From IMG/VR virus record IMGVR_UViG_3300029319_007985, positions 32,001-96,000 of that record: a stretch of DNA of 64,000 bases; one strand, given 5' to 3'. Below are positions 48,312 through 59,345 of this stretch, piece by piece (the stretch's first letter is position 1; each line of letters starts with the position of its first letter). The notes under the pieces are model-generated. The model ran no database searches and was not told the DNA's origin. It saw only the letters and a list, made by a program, of their open reading frames with translations. Source of the DNA: a virus. A program made the translations under genes and the position numbers.

Positions 48312-51300
48312 ATGACACAGCAACAAATCATAAATGTAGGTGTGACCGAAAACGATGGAACTGGTGACAGTATCCAGGCGGCGGGTAGCAAGATAAACCA
48401 CAATTTTAGCCAACTCTACACTGATAACAACATTGACGGAAACATACTATGGCAGGGTAACAAAATCACTAGTAACCTGTCTAATTCAGATATTGTGCTG
48501 ACAGCATCTGGTACAGGAAAAATTCAATTGGCCGGCATTAAGATAGGCGGCACATCAATGAGCAGTGATGACAGCACCACTATCAACATAAACGAAAATT
48601 TACAGGTTGATGGCTCTGTTACTGCGACCACATTGGTTGGTGGTGGCTCTGGATTGACAGGAGCATCAATTACTAACGTTGGAGATCTTAGTGCAACTGG
48701 GTCAACACTTATATCTCCATCCAATGCAGACTTAACTTTTTCAACTGCTGGCACAGGAAGGATGATACTTGGTGATTTTATTATATTGGATGATAATAAC
48801 TTTACAGGCTCAAGAACCAATGATGACATCAACATCACTCCAAATGGTACAGGCTGTATAAATTTTCCAGCAATACAAATAAAGGCCAATAATATCAACG
48901 GCTTGCGATCAAACGATGACATAGTTATTACGCCAGCAGGCACAGGATCAATTGTGTTGCCTGCAATCACCATCAATGACAACAACATAGAAGGCAAAAG
49001 AAGTAACGATGACATAAATCTATTTGCCAGCATCAGTGGTGCTGTAAATGTCACAGATATAACAATAGATTCAAGTTTACGTCTAGCAGACAATAATATC
49101 ACAGCATTGAATACAAATTCAGATATCAACATAAATCCATCAGGCACAGGACTGATACAAATCAGCAAGATTGATGTCGATGATGGTACCATAGATGGAA
49201 CAACAGTTGGGGCGACTATTCCTGCCGCCGGAACATTTTCTACCCTTAGTGCCACAACGTTTCAAACAACGGGTCTAACAATAACCGACAACAAAATAGT
49301 AGCGAACACGTCAAACTCTGATTTAGTTTTGACTGGCAGTGGTTCTGGTGGTGTGCTATTAAATGGATTTTCTTTACCTGCTAGTGATGGCAGTTCAGGA
49401 CAAATACTACGAACGGATGGCAGTAAGACATTGAGTTTTGCCACTTCTCCTTTGATACTTGGTGTGACAACTTTTGCGGACACAACTCAAGACATAAGTT
49501 TTAGATCGACCTCAACTATAGATGTTAACACTGCCATTATTGCACATGAAATTGTGCCTAATTCTTCTACGCCATTAGATAAATTTACTTCCACACAGTT
49601 TGACAGTGTGTGGTATCATGCAGTCACCAAAGATCAAACAAATAACAGGTTTGGAGTTGCAAAATACTCATTAGCCAGAGGAACAATCAATGACGGAAGC
49701 ACAATCGATTCGGTGGTATCACAATCAAACCTAGTAAGAACTACAACGCACAATCATATCACAGTTGACACACAAATAAATGGTACATTTACTCAGTTGG
49801 ATGGCACTGGACCATCGGCAGAAAACGCATTTAAGGCCTACAGAATTGGCTTGGGTGACAGTGACTCCAGCACCAGTTCAGGTAACGTGGCCACAATTGT
49901 TAATGCTGATGTTGACAGTGCAAGTGAATCTCTGGACTCATGGGCGTATGCCAGTTACCGTGGCGCCAAATATTACATCAGTGCAGAAAACAGCGACACT
50001 GGAGAAGTCAGCAACATTGAGGCATTGGTGGTTCACAATGGAAGTGATGCTTTCATAAACTCTTACAATGTTGTAAACACAGGCAACAACGATCTACTGT
50101 CTTTGACAGCGGCCATAAGCGGAAGCAATGTGGTTTTGAGCGGAGCGGCTTTGACTCCAAACACAAAAGTACGTATGTATAGAATACTTTTGTCTGACAA
50201 CGAGACTTCCAGCACAGGAGACAATGTGAGTCTAATTGGAAATAAAACAGTAGCGGCCAGCACTGAGACAGTAATAGATCATGTGACCAGTACCGGCACA
50301 TCTGTTGGAAATGCGGCGGCCACAAAAACCGTAAACAGTTTTACAGTTGGAGAATATGATAGTGCTCTTTATTTTGTTGTAACCAAAGACAACGTAAACT
50401 CAGGCTTTGAAACAGGTAAAATAAGTTTGATGCACAATTTAAATGATGCTTTTCTAACACATTCTAGCATAGTAAGAACAGATCCTACAGATGTTCATCC
50501 TACTTTTGATGCAGACATTGTCAGTGCAGGGGACAGCACCAGCACTGTGAGATTAAGAATGACAGATGGTGATGGATCAACTGTTACGCCTGCAAACAGC
50601 ATGGCATTTTACAGAATAGGTTTGGGTGACAGTGATTCCACAGGGTACGTCGGTGAAATAACTTTGGTCAATGATATCACGGTTACAAACATCATAGATA
50701 GTTCAACCGCTACACTGGACGCATTTACGCACGGCTCACACGTTGGAGCAAAATATTTTATCTCGGTTAATAATCAATCCACAGGCGAAGTTGGAAACAT
50801 TGAAGCATTGGTCACTCATGACGGAACCAACGCATACATCACTACATACAACGAATCTTTTTCAGGCAACAACAGCCTTATCAGTCTGTCGGCGGTCATT
50901 AGTGGTACTTCTGTTATATTAAGAGGTTCTGCCACTGCAGGTGGTAGCACCAAAGTAATAGTCAACAGAGTAGTAGCATTTGGTGATTCAGAATCAAATG
51001 AAGCAAACTCAGATAGCACAAGAAAGATAATAGGTAATGTAATTGTTTCTAGCAGTGCAACGACCTTTGATAGTTTTTCGAGCGATGATGTTGATGCGGC
51101 CCATTACGTGATTACTGGTCAAAAAGGTTCCGATGAAAATTTCATTTGTGAGGCGATGGTTGTGACAGATGGGTCCAATGTGTTTGTGTCACAAGGTCCA
51201 AATGTCAGTACCAAGGAAAATGACATGTTGGAAATCACTGCAACAATTTCAGGCGGAACTGTAAGTGTTAAAGCAAGTTCTACTTCTGGTGCATCAACTG

Positions 51301-51926
51301 TACAGGCCTTTGCAATTAAATTAAAGGCACCTGTCGCAAACGAAAGTATAGTAGACTCTTGGGCAGAATCAACATTCACCGGAGCACACTATATTGTTGT
51401 GGCTAAGAAAGATGGAAGCGATGACAGTTCAATTACAGAACTACAAATGGTCACTGATGGCAGTGACTCATACGTGAATGCATCTCCACAGGTATCTACC
51501 ACCAGTGCAAATTTAATTGATTTCAGTGCAGACTACTCTGACAGCACTGCTAGATTAAAGGCATTGCCAACAGATGGCAGTTCAAGTTTCACTTTAAATG
51601 CATACAGAATAAATCTATTGAGAGAGGATGGTAGTTCCACTTCATTGACCACTCTCGATACATTTGATAAAACAGAACAGAGGTCGGTAAAGTATTTGGT
51701 CCAGACCCATAGAACAGATGACGACAAATTTGAATTTTGTGATATTAATGTCACCCATAATGGATCTGACGCTTTTTTAAGTATTTTTGGAAAAGTAGGC
51801 ACCCAGACCACAGATCTTGTCACATTTACAGCAGACGTAAGTGGAGACAATGTAAGACTGAGAGGCGAGGTTGCAGGAACACAAGATCACACAGTAAAAA
51901 TAGTTAAAAGAAACGTAAATATATAA
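48312..51926 (+). CDS. long tail fibre-like structural protein
   Basis: INVGVTENDGTGD N-terminus, 31-aa repeats, LPASDGSSGQIL.TDG, repeated D.F....AKY.I.....E..V.HDG modules. Confidence 0.82.
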   Translation: MTQQQIINVGVTENDGTGDSIQAAGSKINHNFSQLYTDNNIDGNILWQGNKITSNLSNSDIVLTASGTGKIQLAGIKIGGTSMSSDDSTTININENLQVDGSVTATTLVGGGSGLTGASITNVGDLSATGSTLISPSNADLTFSTAGTGRMILGDFIILDDNNFTGSRTNDDINITPNGTGCINFPAIQIKANNINGLRSNDDIVITPAGTGSIVLPAITINDNNIEGKRSNDDINLFASISGAVNVTDITIDSSLRLADNNITALNTNSDININPSGTGLIQISKIDVDDGTIDGTTVGATIPAAGTFSTLSATTFQTTGLTITDNKIVANTSNSDLVLTGSGSGGVLLNGFSLPASDGSSGQILRTDGSKTLSFATSPLILGVTTFADTTQDISFRSTSTIDVNTAIIAHEIVPNSSTPLDKFTSTQFDSVWYHAVTKDQTNNRFGVAKYSLARGTINDGSTIDSVVSQSNLVRTTTHNHITVDTQINGTFTQLDGTGPSAENAFKAYRIGLGDSDSSTSSGNVATIVNADVDSASESLDSWAYASYRGAKYYISAENSDTGEVSNIEALVVHNGSDAFINSYNVVNTGNNDLLSLTAAISGSNVVLSGAALTPNTKVRMYRILLSDNETSSTGDNVSLIGNKTVAASTETVIDHVTSTGTSVGNAAATKTVNSFTVGEYDSALYFVVTKDNVNSGFETGKISLMHNLNDAFLTHSSIVRTDPTDVHPTFDADIVSAGDSTSTVRLRMTDGDGSTVTPANSMAFYRIGLGDSDSTGYVGEITLVNDITVTNIIDSSTATLDAFTHGSHVGAKYFISVNNQSTGEVGNIEALVTHDGTNAYITTYNESFSGNNSLISLSAVISGTSVILRGSATAGGSTKVIVNRVVAFGDSESNEANSDSTRKIIGNVIVSSSATTFDSFSSDDVDAAHYVITGQKGSDENFICEAMVVTDGSNVFVSQGPNVSTKENDMLEITATISGGTVSVKASSTSGASTVQAFAIKLKAPVANESIVDSWAESTFTGAHYIVVAKKDGSDDSSITELQMVTDGSDSYVNASPQVSTTSANLIDFSADYSDSTARLKALPTDGSSSFTLNAYRINLLREDGSSTSLTTLDTFDKTEQRSVKYLVQTHRTDDDKFEFCDINVTHNGSDAFLSIFGKVGTQTTDLVTFTADVSGDNVRLRGEVAGTQDHTVKIVKRNVNI

Positions 51927-51927
51927 A

Positions 51928-53403
51928 ATGGCACAACAAATTTTAAATGTAGGTACAACAGCAAACGACGGAACAGGTGATACATTGCGTGAAGCAATGA
52001 TCAAAACCAACGAAAATTTCAACGAACTTTATGCATCACCACTGTTGGCTAGTGGTATTTCTGTAAGTGGCAATGAAATTATTGCATCAAGATCAAATGA
52101 TGATTTAATTTTACAAGCCGCCGGTACGGGAAGTATTGTGGCAGGTGCATTGAGTTTCAAAGGCACTAGTATCAGTTCAACTGACTCAACCATAGTAAAT
52201 GTTAATGAAGGATTAGTGGTGGACGGCACGTTAACTGCTACCAGTTTTACAGGTGATGGAAGTGCAATCACAGGCTTGAGTGCTACTGCACTTGGAGATT
52301 TATCTGTGGTTGGATCCACTATAATTGCACCTTCTAATGCTGATATAACATTCGCTCCGGCTGGAACAGGAGCCATTGTGTTTCCTGCTATCACAATCAA
52401 TGATAACAATATAACTGCAACAAGGTCAAACGATAATATCAATTTCACTCCGTCCGGAACAGGATCAATTGTGTTTCCGGCCATTACAATCAATGACAAC
52501 AACATAAGTGCAACAAGAACCAATGATGACATAGTAATTACTCCCGCTGGCACAGGAAGTATTGTGCTACCTGCGATAACAATAAATGATAACAACATCA
52601 CAGGCACAAGATCGAATGAAGACATCAATATAACACCTTCTGGAACAGGACAAGTTGTAGTTAATAAATTGAAAATAGATGGCAACATAGTAATAGAAGA
52701 CAATGAAATCACGTCAACTGTCACTAACAGTAATATAGTATTCACTCCTGCGGGCACAGGATCAGTTGTCATGTCAAAAGCGGACATTAATGGTGGTTCA
52801 ATTGATGGTACCACAATTGGTGCATCTTCGGAAACAACTGGAGTGTTTACAACTGTTACGGCAAACACCAGTGCAACTATTGACGGAATATCATTGGCTG
52901 ACAATGAAATCTCAGCAACTAGAACAAATGATCCATTGGTGCTATCAGGTAGTGGTTCAGGTGGTGTCACAATCAGTGGATTTACTTTTCCAACGTCAGA
53001 TGGATCCAGCGGACAGTTTTTAAAAACTAACGGTGCAGGTGTTTTGAGTTTTGCCACTGCTGGTGTAACATTAAGTCACAGTGCCATTGCAGATGGAACT
53101 ACAACAGTATCTTCATCCACTGTTTCCAATATTGACACATTTTCAGCGTCTAGTTTTCGAAGTGCAAAATATGTTATTTCTGCCGCCAACACAGAAGATT
53201 CTAGATTTGAAATTTTTGAAGCAAATATAACACACGATGGAACAAATGCTTATGTATCGACTTTTGGGTCAACAACAAGCGGTACAGAACCTTTGGGTAC
53301 TTTCAGTGCAGACATTGATAGTGGAAGTGTAAGGTTAAGAGTAACTTCAATCACAGACGATGATGTTGTATATAAATTCCAAAGAATAGCATTAAACGTA
53401 TAA
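51928..53403 (+). CDS. tail fibre-like structural protein
   Basis: LNVGTTANDGTGDTLR; tandem 31-aa repeats; one C-terminal AKY module. Confidence 0.82.
   Translation: MAQQILNVGTTANDGTGDTLREAMIKTNENFNELYASPLLASGISVSGNEIIASRSNDDLILQAAGTGSIVAGALSFKGTSISSTDSTIVNVNEGLVVDGTLTATSFTGDGSAITGLSATALGDLSVVGSTIIAPSNADITFAPAGTGAIVFPAITINDNNITATRSNDNINFTPSGTGSIVFPAITINDNNISATRTNDDIVITPAGTGSIVLPAITINDNNITGTRSNEDINITPSGTGQVVVNKLKIDGNIVIEDNEITSTVTNSNIVFTPAGTGSVVMSKADINGGSIDGTTIGASSETTGVFTTVTANTSATIDGISLADNEISATRTNDPLVLSGSGSGGVTISGFTFPTSDGSSGQFLKTNGAGVLSFATAGVTLSHSAIADGTTTVSSSTVSNIDTFSASSFRSAKYVISAANTEDSRFEIFEANITHDGTNAYVSTFGSTTSGTEPLGTFSADIDSGSVRLRVTSITDDDVVYKFQRIALNV
52345..52660 (+). repeat. tandem 93-bp/31-aa repeats
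   Basis: I.FTP.GTGSIVFPAITINDNNI.ATR.ND repeated about 3.5 times. Confidence 0.8.
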
Positions 53404-53447
53404 TATTTTTACATTAGGTTTATAAAATTTTCAATAAATAACTGCAA

Positions 53448-55253
53448 ATGGCAAGACAAACGATCAATATAGGTACTAATGCAAACGACGGAACAGGTGA
53501 TCCGTTAAGAACAGCATTTGACAAGATTAACGATAATTTTTCTGAATTGTATGCTGATAGTGATGCTTCTACTATTTTAGAACACGACACAGCACCAAAG
53601 TTATCAGCAAATTTAGATGTCAACAATAATCAAATTACGACAGATGTTACTAACGGAAATGTTAGTATTCAACCAAACGGTACAGGAAACGTCACCATAG
53701 CCGCAATACAAGTTCAGGGTACTTCTCTTTCTTCAAGTGATTCAACAGTAATTAACGTAAATGATGGCCTAATTGTTGACGGTACAGCGACAGTGTCAGG
53801 AGCACTTAGTTCAGCAACAAGTTTAGCATTGGCGTCAGGAGCCACTGTCACAGGTATAGCGGACGAAGACGACATGACATCAAATAGTGCAACTCTTCTT
53901 GCAACACAGCAGTCTATCAAGGCATATGTTGACACACAGATCACGGCGGAAGATTTAGATTTCAGTGCAGATGACTCAACTGTGTTATCAATTGATTTGG
54001 ATTCTGAAGTATTACACTTTGCAGGTGGAACAGGTATTAGCACTTCTGTCAGCAACAACACAGTCACACATGCGATCGACACAGGCACGGTAGTAACACT
54101 AACAGATTCACAAACACTCACAAACAAAGTTTTAACATCACCTACAATCAGTTCGCCTACAATAACAGGTGTAACCATTACGACGTCTTTGACAACTAAT
54201 GACATTACAACAAATGGTTCAAATGCCAACCTAACATTAGATCCACAAGGCACAGGAACAATAGAATTAGGTGCGGCAACAAACATTACCGGCAACGTGG
54301 ATGTTACTGGTACGCTGACAACTGATGATATCACAACCGCAGGTAACCATACTTTAACAGGAAACAGCACTATATCAGGAACATTGACAGTACAAGGCAC
54401 TGTAAATGCAGATACATTTATCAGCAACTCAAACGGTGACATAACCATAGATCCTGCAGGTACAGGCGCAATTGTTTTAACAGGTCCAATCACACACGCA
54501 GGTACACAAACCACAACAGGACAAATGAATGTTGACAATATTAGAATTGACGGCAATGCGATCACAGCCACAAATTCAAATGGCGGAATAAACATCACTC
54601 CTGATGGCACTGGTAATATTACACTAGGCGGAAACTATGTGGCAGTGACAAATGAATTAGCGGCGGCTGATGTTGCCGTATCCAGCGAATTACTTTTGGC
54701 CTCAGGTGCACAAATTGTACAAGTTGCAACAAACCAAGATTTAGTGTTAGCAACAAATGGCACAGGAGCAGTTACAACATCCGCACAATTAACTTTGACT
54801 GGATCTTTCAAAAGAGCCATACACACATTTACAGCAACTGACAGTGTCACAGAAACAGAACACGCAGGAAGAACACTTTTACTTGGTGAAGTTGGTGGAA
54901 ATGCCAACGTTGTTTTGACAATGCCTGACGCAACAGGTTCGGGTAACGTGTATGAATTCATAGTCAGTGTTGCAATGGGCGGATCAACAACATACAAAAT
55001 TCAAGCCGCGGACGCCGACAACACGTTCTCAGGCATGATACAATATTTAGATGAAGATGGTACAGCAGTAACGGCATTCCCAACTGTAGCCGCTTCTGAT
55101 ACAATCACACTAAACAGTGGCACACAAGGCGGACTAGTAGGTGACACAGTTACACTTATCGATATTGCCGCTAACAAATACGCAGTAAAAGGCCAAATGC
55201 GAGTATCTGCTGGAGCCAACCCTGCTACTCCATTCTCAGCCGCAGTATCTTAA
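53448..55253 (+). CDS. tail fibre-like structural protein
   Basis: INIGTNANDGTGDPLRTAFDKINDNF; LATQQSIKAYVD; QTLTNKVLTSP. Confidence 0.82.
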   Translation: MARQTINIGTNANDGTGDPLRTAFDKINDNFSELYADSDASTILEHDTAPKLSANLDVNNNQITTDVTNGNVSIQPNGTGNVTIAAIQVQGTSLSSSDSTVINVNDGLIVDGTATVSGALSSATSLALASGATVTGIADEDDMTSNSATLLATQQSIKAYVDTQITAEDLDFSADDSTVLSIDLDSEVLHFAGGTGISTSVSNNTVTHAIDTGTVVTLTDSQTLTNKVLTSPTISSPTITGVTITTSLTTNDITTNGSNANLTLDPQGTGTIELGAATNITGNVDVTGTLTTDDITTAGNHTLTGNSTISGTLTVQGTVNADTFISNSNGDITIDPAGTGAIVLTGPITHAGTQTTTGQMNVDNIRIDGNAITATNSNGGINITPDGTGNITLGGNYVAVTNELAAADVAVSSELLLASGAQIVQVATNQDLVLATNGTGAVTTSAQLTLTGSFKRAIHTFTATDSVTETEHAGRTLLLGEVGGNANVVLTMPDATGSGNVYEFIVSVAMGGSTTYKIQAADADNTFSGMIQYLDEDGTAVTAFPTVAASDTITLNSGTQGGLVGDTVTLIDIAANKYAVKGQMRVSAGANPATPFSAAVS

Positions 55254-55298
55254 TACTTAAATTCACGATAAATATCATCGTAAAGGAGTAAGTTCAAT

Positions 55299-57851
55299 AT
55301 GGCCTCACCAGTGTGGCAAACCACAGCAGGCTTGTTAGGTGTAATCAACGAGCGTGATTTTTATTCGGTAACACTATCAGCGACTGATAGTGATGGGGAT
55401 TCTTTAACTTATTCCAAAATAGCAGGCACTCTACCAACAGGAATTGAACTTACTTCTGCAGGTGTACTGCAAGGCGTACCAACGGAGGTCTCTACAAGAT
55501 CCCTTTACACTTTTGTTATACGAGTCTCCGATGGTACAAATGTTGCTGACAGAACATTTAGCCTGCAGGTACAAGGTGCTGATGCTCCAGTTTTCGCTAC
55601 CGCGGCCGGAGAACTAAATTTAGCAGACTCCACTCAAGGCAGAGTCAATAGATGGGTGTTGGATGGAAGTTTAGTAAATTTCAGAGTGCAGGCCACAGAC
55701 ACCGACACTGCGGCAGGACAAACACTATTCTATTTTATTCAGGAAGGTGAACTACCACCCGGACTTAAACTTACCAGCGATGGACTTATAACCGGCACTG
55801 TGCTTTTGACAGATGATGAACGATATGGGCCTATTGGTGGATATGACAATTTCTACAAGTACGACGATGTGGGATATGACCCAACAAAATTTTCTACAAG
55901 TATCAGTAAAAACTTTGAGTTTACTATTGGAGTAAGTGACGGAAGCAATGTAACCACGCAAGTAAATTCTATCTTTGTTTTCAGTGCCGACTATTGGTTA
56001 GTCAGCAACAGTCAAATCACTATCGATTCTGACACACTGGCTGGTGATGCCTTGACCATGTCTTCTGCTCCTAACAGGCGTCCTGTTTTTGAAACAGATA
56101 GTAGTTTAGGATCCTTTAGACATGATAACAATGTTGTAATTAAAATTGACGTGGTTGACTTTGATCCATTACAAGGAGACTTGAACTATTCTATACAATC
56201 AGGAAGTTTACCCACAGGCTTATCTATTGACGTCAACACTGGCGAAATATCAGGACAACTGCCAACGCAAAGTGCAGTCTCAGTAGATCACACTTTTACA
56301 GTCAGGGCGAGTAGAATTGACGCGGTATCCGGCGTAACAATTTTTGGTGACAAAGAATTCACTATGACTGTGATCGGAGAGATCGACACAGGTATAAGTT
56401 TTGTGAGTCCAACGAACTTAGGCACAGTTACCGCTGGTATTCCTAGTTTGATTAATATAGAAGCAAGTGCGGTTGCAACCAACAGAGTTTTAGAATACAC
56501 GGTTACGACAGGATCACTTCCGACAGGTTTAACTCTTTCTCGTTCAGGAAATATCATTGGAAAAGTTGATAAAACAGAATTTACTACTGTTGATGATAAT
56601 GAAATTACTTTTGATACTAATAGTCTAAGTTTCGATAGAAAGTACACTTTTACGGTTACTGTTGGTGATCAGTATCAATCACTGGCAACTTCAAAAGAAT
56701 TTACTTTAACTGTTAGTCTACCATATGGGGTTGAGTATGGAAACATGTCTGCTCAAGGTCTCATACCAACTGGTGATAGAGATCTGTTCTACCAAATTGC
56801 ACAAGATCCTAACATTAACAGTAACGAAAATATATTCAGACCAGAAGACAATTTTTTTGGTATCCAAACAAATCCTGAGATGTTATTAATATCTGGACTA
56901 GAGCACAAGACCTTAACAGAATTACAGCAACAAATGGAGCAAAATCATACACCTAAGTCACTATATTTTGGTGAAATAAAAACAGCGGTTGCCAAAGAAA
57001 ATGGCAAGGTCAAATACGAAGTTGTGTATGTTGAAATGAAAGACAATTTAGTAAACAACTCAGGCGAAGCAGTTGCATCGTCTGTGACTTTGAGAACTGA
57101 TATCGTTAGACCATTAATAGGTGGATTGGCGGATGGAAACAGAATAACTGCGGATTATGATGTTTATGATGTTACCACCGATGGTGGCCTCAGTTTTTCT
57201 ATTGCTGGATCTAAAATAAGATATGCAAACCAATTGACAGCGGATACCGGAACTTTTGAAAAATTATTTCCAAACGCTGTGGCAAACATGAGAACCAGAA
57301 TGAAATCGTTAGGCCAAAGAGAATATGTACATCTACCTCTTTGGATGAGGACTAGTCAAGATAATTCTGGCGTTCCACTAGGTTATAAAATGGCAATGGT
57401 ACTTGCCTATTGTAAACCAAACAAGTCAGGTCTAGTAAAAAAACGTATACAAGATAAAACGATTGACTTCAAAAAATTAAATTTTGTAATTGACAGATAT
57501 AAAACTACCATAAACAAAGTTGATACAGGAACATTGACGGCCGATGGATCAACAACACAATTCACTTTGAATGAGATAGTAAATGAAGAAGAAATAAAAG
57601 TCAGAGAGAACGCCGTTGTGTATTCTCATGGCCAGCAGGTCAGGGCAGATAATAATCTATCGCCGAGTTATCTTTCAGCGGATTCGTTACTACGTTCTGC
57701 TGACTATGAACCACAATTTAGCCTGTCACATGACACAACAAACAAAAAGACAACCATTAATTTTACCAACGCTCCGACTGCCACTTCTAAAATAAGAGTG
57801 GAGCGACTTGGAGATAAATATCTAGCGTTTAAAAAGAAACTAAAAGAATAA
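55299..57851 (+). CDS. baseplate wedge-like protein with putative Ig (He_PIG) repeats
   Basis: Repeated G.LP.GL.L...G.I.G domains; YEVVYVEMKD, LPLWMRT.Q, YCKP. Confidence 0.75.
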   Translation: MASPVWQTTAGLLGVINERDFYSVTLSATDSDGDSLTYSKIAGTLPTGIELTSAGVLQGVPTEVSTRSLYTFVIRVSDGTNVADRTFSLQVQGADAPVFATAAGELNLADSTQGRVNRWVLDGSLVNFRVQATDTDTAAGQTLFYFIQEGELPPGLKLTSDGLITGTVLLTDDERYGPIGGYDNFYKYDDVGYDPTKFSTSISKNFEFTIGVSDGSNVTTQVNSIFVFSADYWLVSNSQITIDSDTLAGDALTMSSAPNRRPVFETDSSLGSFRHDNNVVIKIDVVDFDPLQGDLNYSIQSGSLPTGLSIDVNTGEISGQLPTQSAVSVDHTFTVRASRIDAVSGVTIFGDKEFTMTVIGEIDTGISFVSPTNLGTVTAGIPSLINIEASAVATNRVLEYTVTTGSLPTGLTLSRSGNIIGKVDKTEFTTVDDNEITFDTNSLSFDRKYTFTVTVGDQYQSLATSKEFTLTVSLPYGVEYGNMSAQGLIPTGDRDLFYQIAQDPNINSNENIFRPEDNFFGIQTNPEMLLISGLEHKTLTELQQQMEQNHTPKSLYFGEIKTAVAKENGKVKYEVVYVEMKDNLVNNSGEAVASSVTLRTDIVRPLIGGLADGNRITADYDVYDVTTDGGLSFSIAGSKIRYANQLTADTGTFEKLFPNAVANMRTRMKSLGQREYVHLPLWMRTSQDNSGVPLGYKMAMVLAYCKPNKSGLVKKRIQDKTIDFKKLNFVIDRYKTTINKVDTGTLTADGSTTQFTLNEIVNEEEIKVRENAVVYSHGQQVRADNNLSPSYLSADSLLRSADYEPQFSLSHDTTNKKTTINFTNAPTATSKIRVERLGDKYLAFKKKLKE

Positions 57852-57852
57852 A

Positions 57853-58416
57853 ATGGCAAGTAATATAGTACCAGGTAATATAGACGGAACTTTCCCAATA
57901 GCAGGACAGGATAACTCATCTCAAGGCTTTAGAGATAATTTCACAGCAACTAAAAATAATTTTACAACTGCTTCGACAGAAATAACTGACTTGCAGGCAA
58001 ATAAGGCATCAACAAACGCGGCGTCAGACTTTGCGGATAATATAGTTTCAAGGATGGCACTAAAAGACACTGCCGAGATGGTTTATGATCATGGCACAGT
58101 ATCAACTGGCACACTGACTCTAAATCACGAAAATGCAAATTTCCAAGTTGCCAATATAACAGGAAACATTACTTTGGCTTTTAGTAATTTTCCAATATCG
58201 GGAAGATTAGGCCGGGTGATTATACTAGCAACTGTTGGTGCAAGTGTATCGGCAATAACAGTGCCTAGTGCAGTAAGAAAAGCAACAAATGTCACTGGAT
58301 CGGATGGCTCTTCAACTACAGTCAATCCTGGTGTTGGCAGATATATGTGGGAGTTCATGACTACCGACGCTGGAACCACTGTGTACATGCATCAATTGGG
58401 TGATTATCACTCATAA
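57853..58416 (+). CDS. virion structural protein
   Basis: IDGTFPIAGQDNSSQGFRDNF N-terminus of the kind seen in large myovirus structural genes. Confidence 0.7.
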   Translation: MASNIVPGNIDGTFPIAGQDNSSQGFRDNFTATKNNFTTASTEITDLQANKASTNAASDFADNIVSRMALKDTAEMVYDHGTVSTGTLTLNHENANFQVANITGNITLAFSNFPISGRLGRVIILATVGASVSAITVPSAVRKATNVTGSDGSSTTVNPGVGRYMWEFMTTDAGTTVYMHQLGDYHS

Positions 58417-58432
58417 CAAATAGGAGGTACCT

Positions 58433-58687
58433 ATGTACTTTCATCCCTTACAAGAAGAATTAGATAACATGTCCGAGGAACAACTCGGAGAAAGAATAAG
58501 AGAACTTACCAAAAAATATACTAGTGCAAGAAGGTTTGGACGTAATCCTGAACTTCAAGGACAACTCCAAAAGGCACTTGCATCATATCAACAAACACTT
58601 CGACAGAAAAGACTCAAAGGTTGGGTCGACAAAAATAAAAAAAATCGAGGTGAACCAGATCTAGGTGAATTGATAAACGTAGAATAA
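58433..58687 (+). CDS. hypothetical phage protein
   Basis: AGGAGG RBS; MYFHPL...LINVE. Confidence 0.7.
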   Translation: MYFHPLQEELDNMSEEQLGERIRELTKKYTSARRFGRNPELQGQLQKALASYQQTLRQKRLKGWVDKNKKNRGEPDLGELINVE

Positions 58688-58697
58688 TAATTACGTT

Positions 58698-59345
58698 GTG
58701 TCAAAAAAATATTTCAGTTGGAGCACAGGATTTAAAAGTATAATCATCGTAGATGGTGAACTTTTCAATAACGATTATACAATTAAGTTACACATAACTC
58801 CAATAACCACAAACCTACAGGAGCAAGGAGATTATTTTGAAAGATTGAAAATGCTTTTTGAAAATGTTTTAAACAACACTGTAGTCGCTTCAAAAGATGA
58901 AAAACTTTATCAACTCTTAGAAAAAGAAAGCAATAATAGATTTATACAATTACCAAAGCAACCTTATGATCAGTTGATGGCGGCAGTATGCTTTACCAAA
59001 TCAAATGCGGTCATGCAAGGAAAAATCCTTATAAATGAATTAGAACTTAGCAGTTACCAAGGTGATGGTATCACCTACAGAATAGTCAAAGAAGGACCCG
59101 AGATCGAATTGCTAGACGTTGACAATTGGTTTCCAACCAAGTATAATAAATTTGATCCATGGTGGTTAAGATCAGATACAGCAACATATGATAAAATTTT
59201 GGACAAAGGTATCTATACAGGACACTATCGTTGGCACAATCAAGAGACAATTATTGATACGGTTGACAAAGATAGTGCCAATCATGCTAAAATATTTGAG
59301 TTCAATCCAAAGGTTTTAGATGGCGACAAAGGTAAAGATAAATGA
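58698..59345 (+). CDS. hypothetical phage protein
   Basis: GTG start; PYDQ and WW.R.D motifs. Confidence 0.65.
   Translation: MSKKYFSWSTGFKSIIIVDGELFNNDYTIKLHITPITTNLQEQGDYFERLKMLFENVLNNTVVASKDEKLYQLLEKESNNRFIQLPKQPYDQLMAAVCFTKSNAVMQGKILINELELSSYQGDGITYRIVKEGPEIELLDVDNWFPTKYNKFDPWWLRSDTATYDKILDKGIYTGHYRWHNQETIIDTVDKDSANHAKIFEFNPKVLDGDKGKDK

Noticed and set aside
46645-55219. Long minus-strand ORFs (e.g. 46645..47610, 48524..49255, 52029..53057, 53714..54610)
   Set aside because: Antisense shadows of Thr/Ser/Gly-rich repetitive fibre genes; no RBS or motifs
59263-59293. TTGACA...TAAAAT promoter before the DnaE fragment
   Set aside because: 19-bp spacer and inside coding sequence; too weak to call
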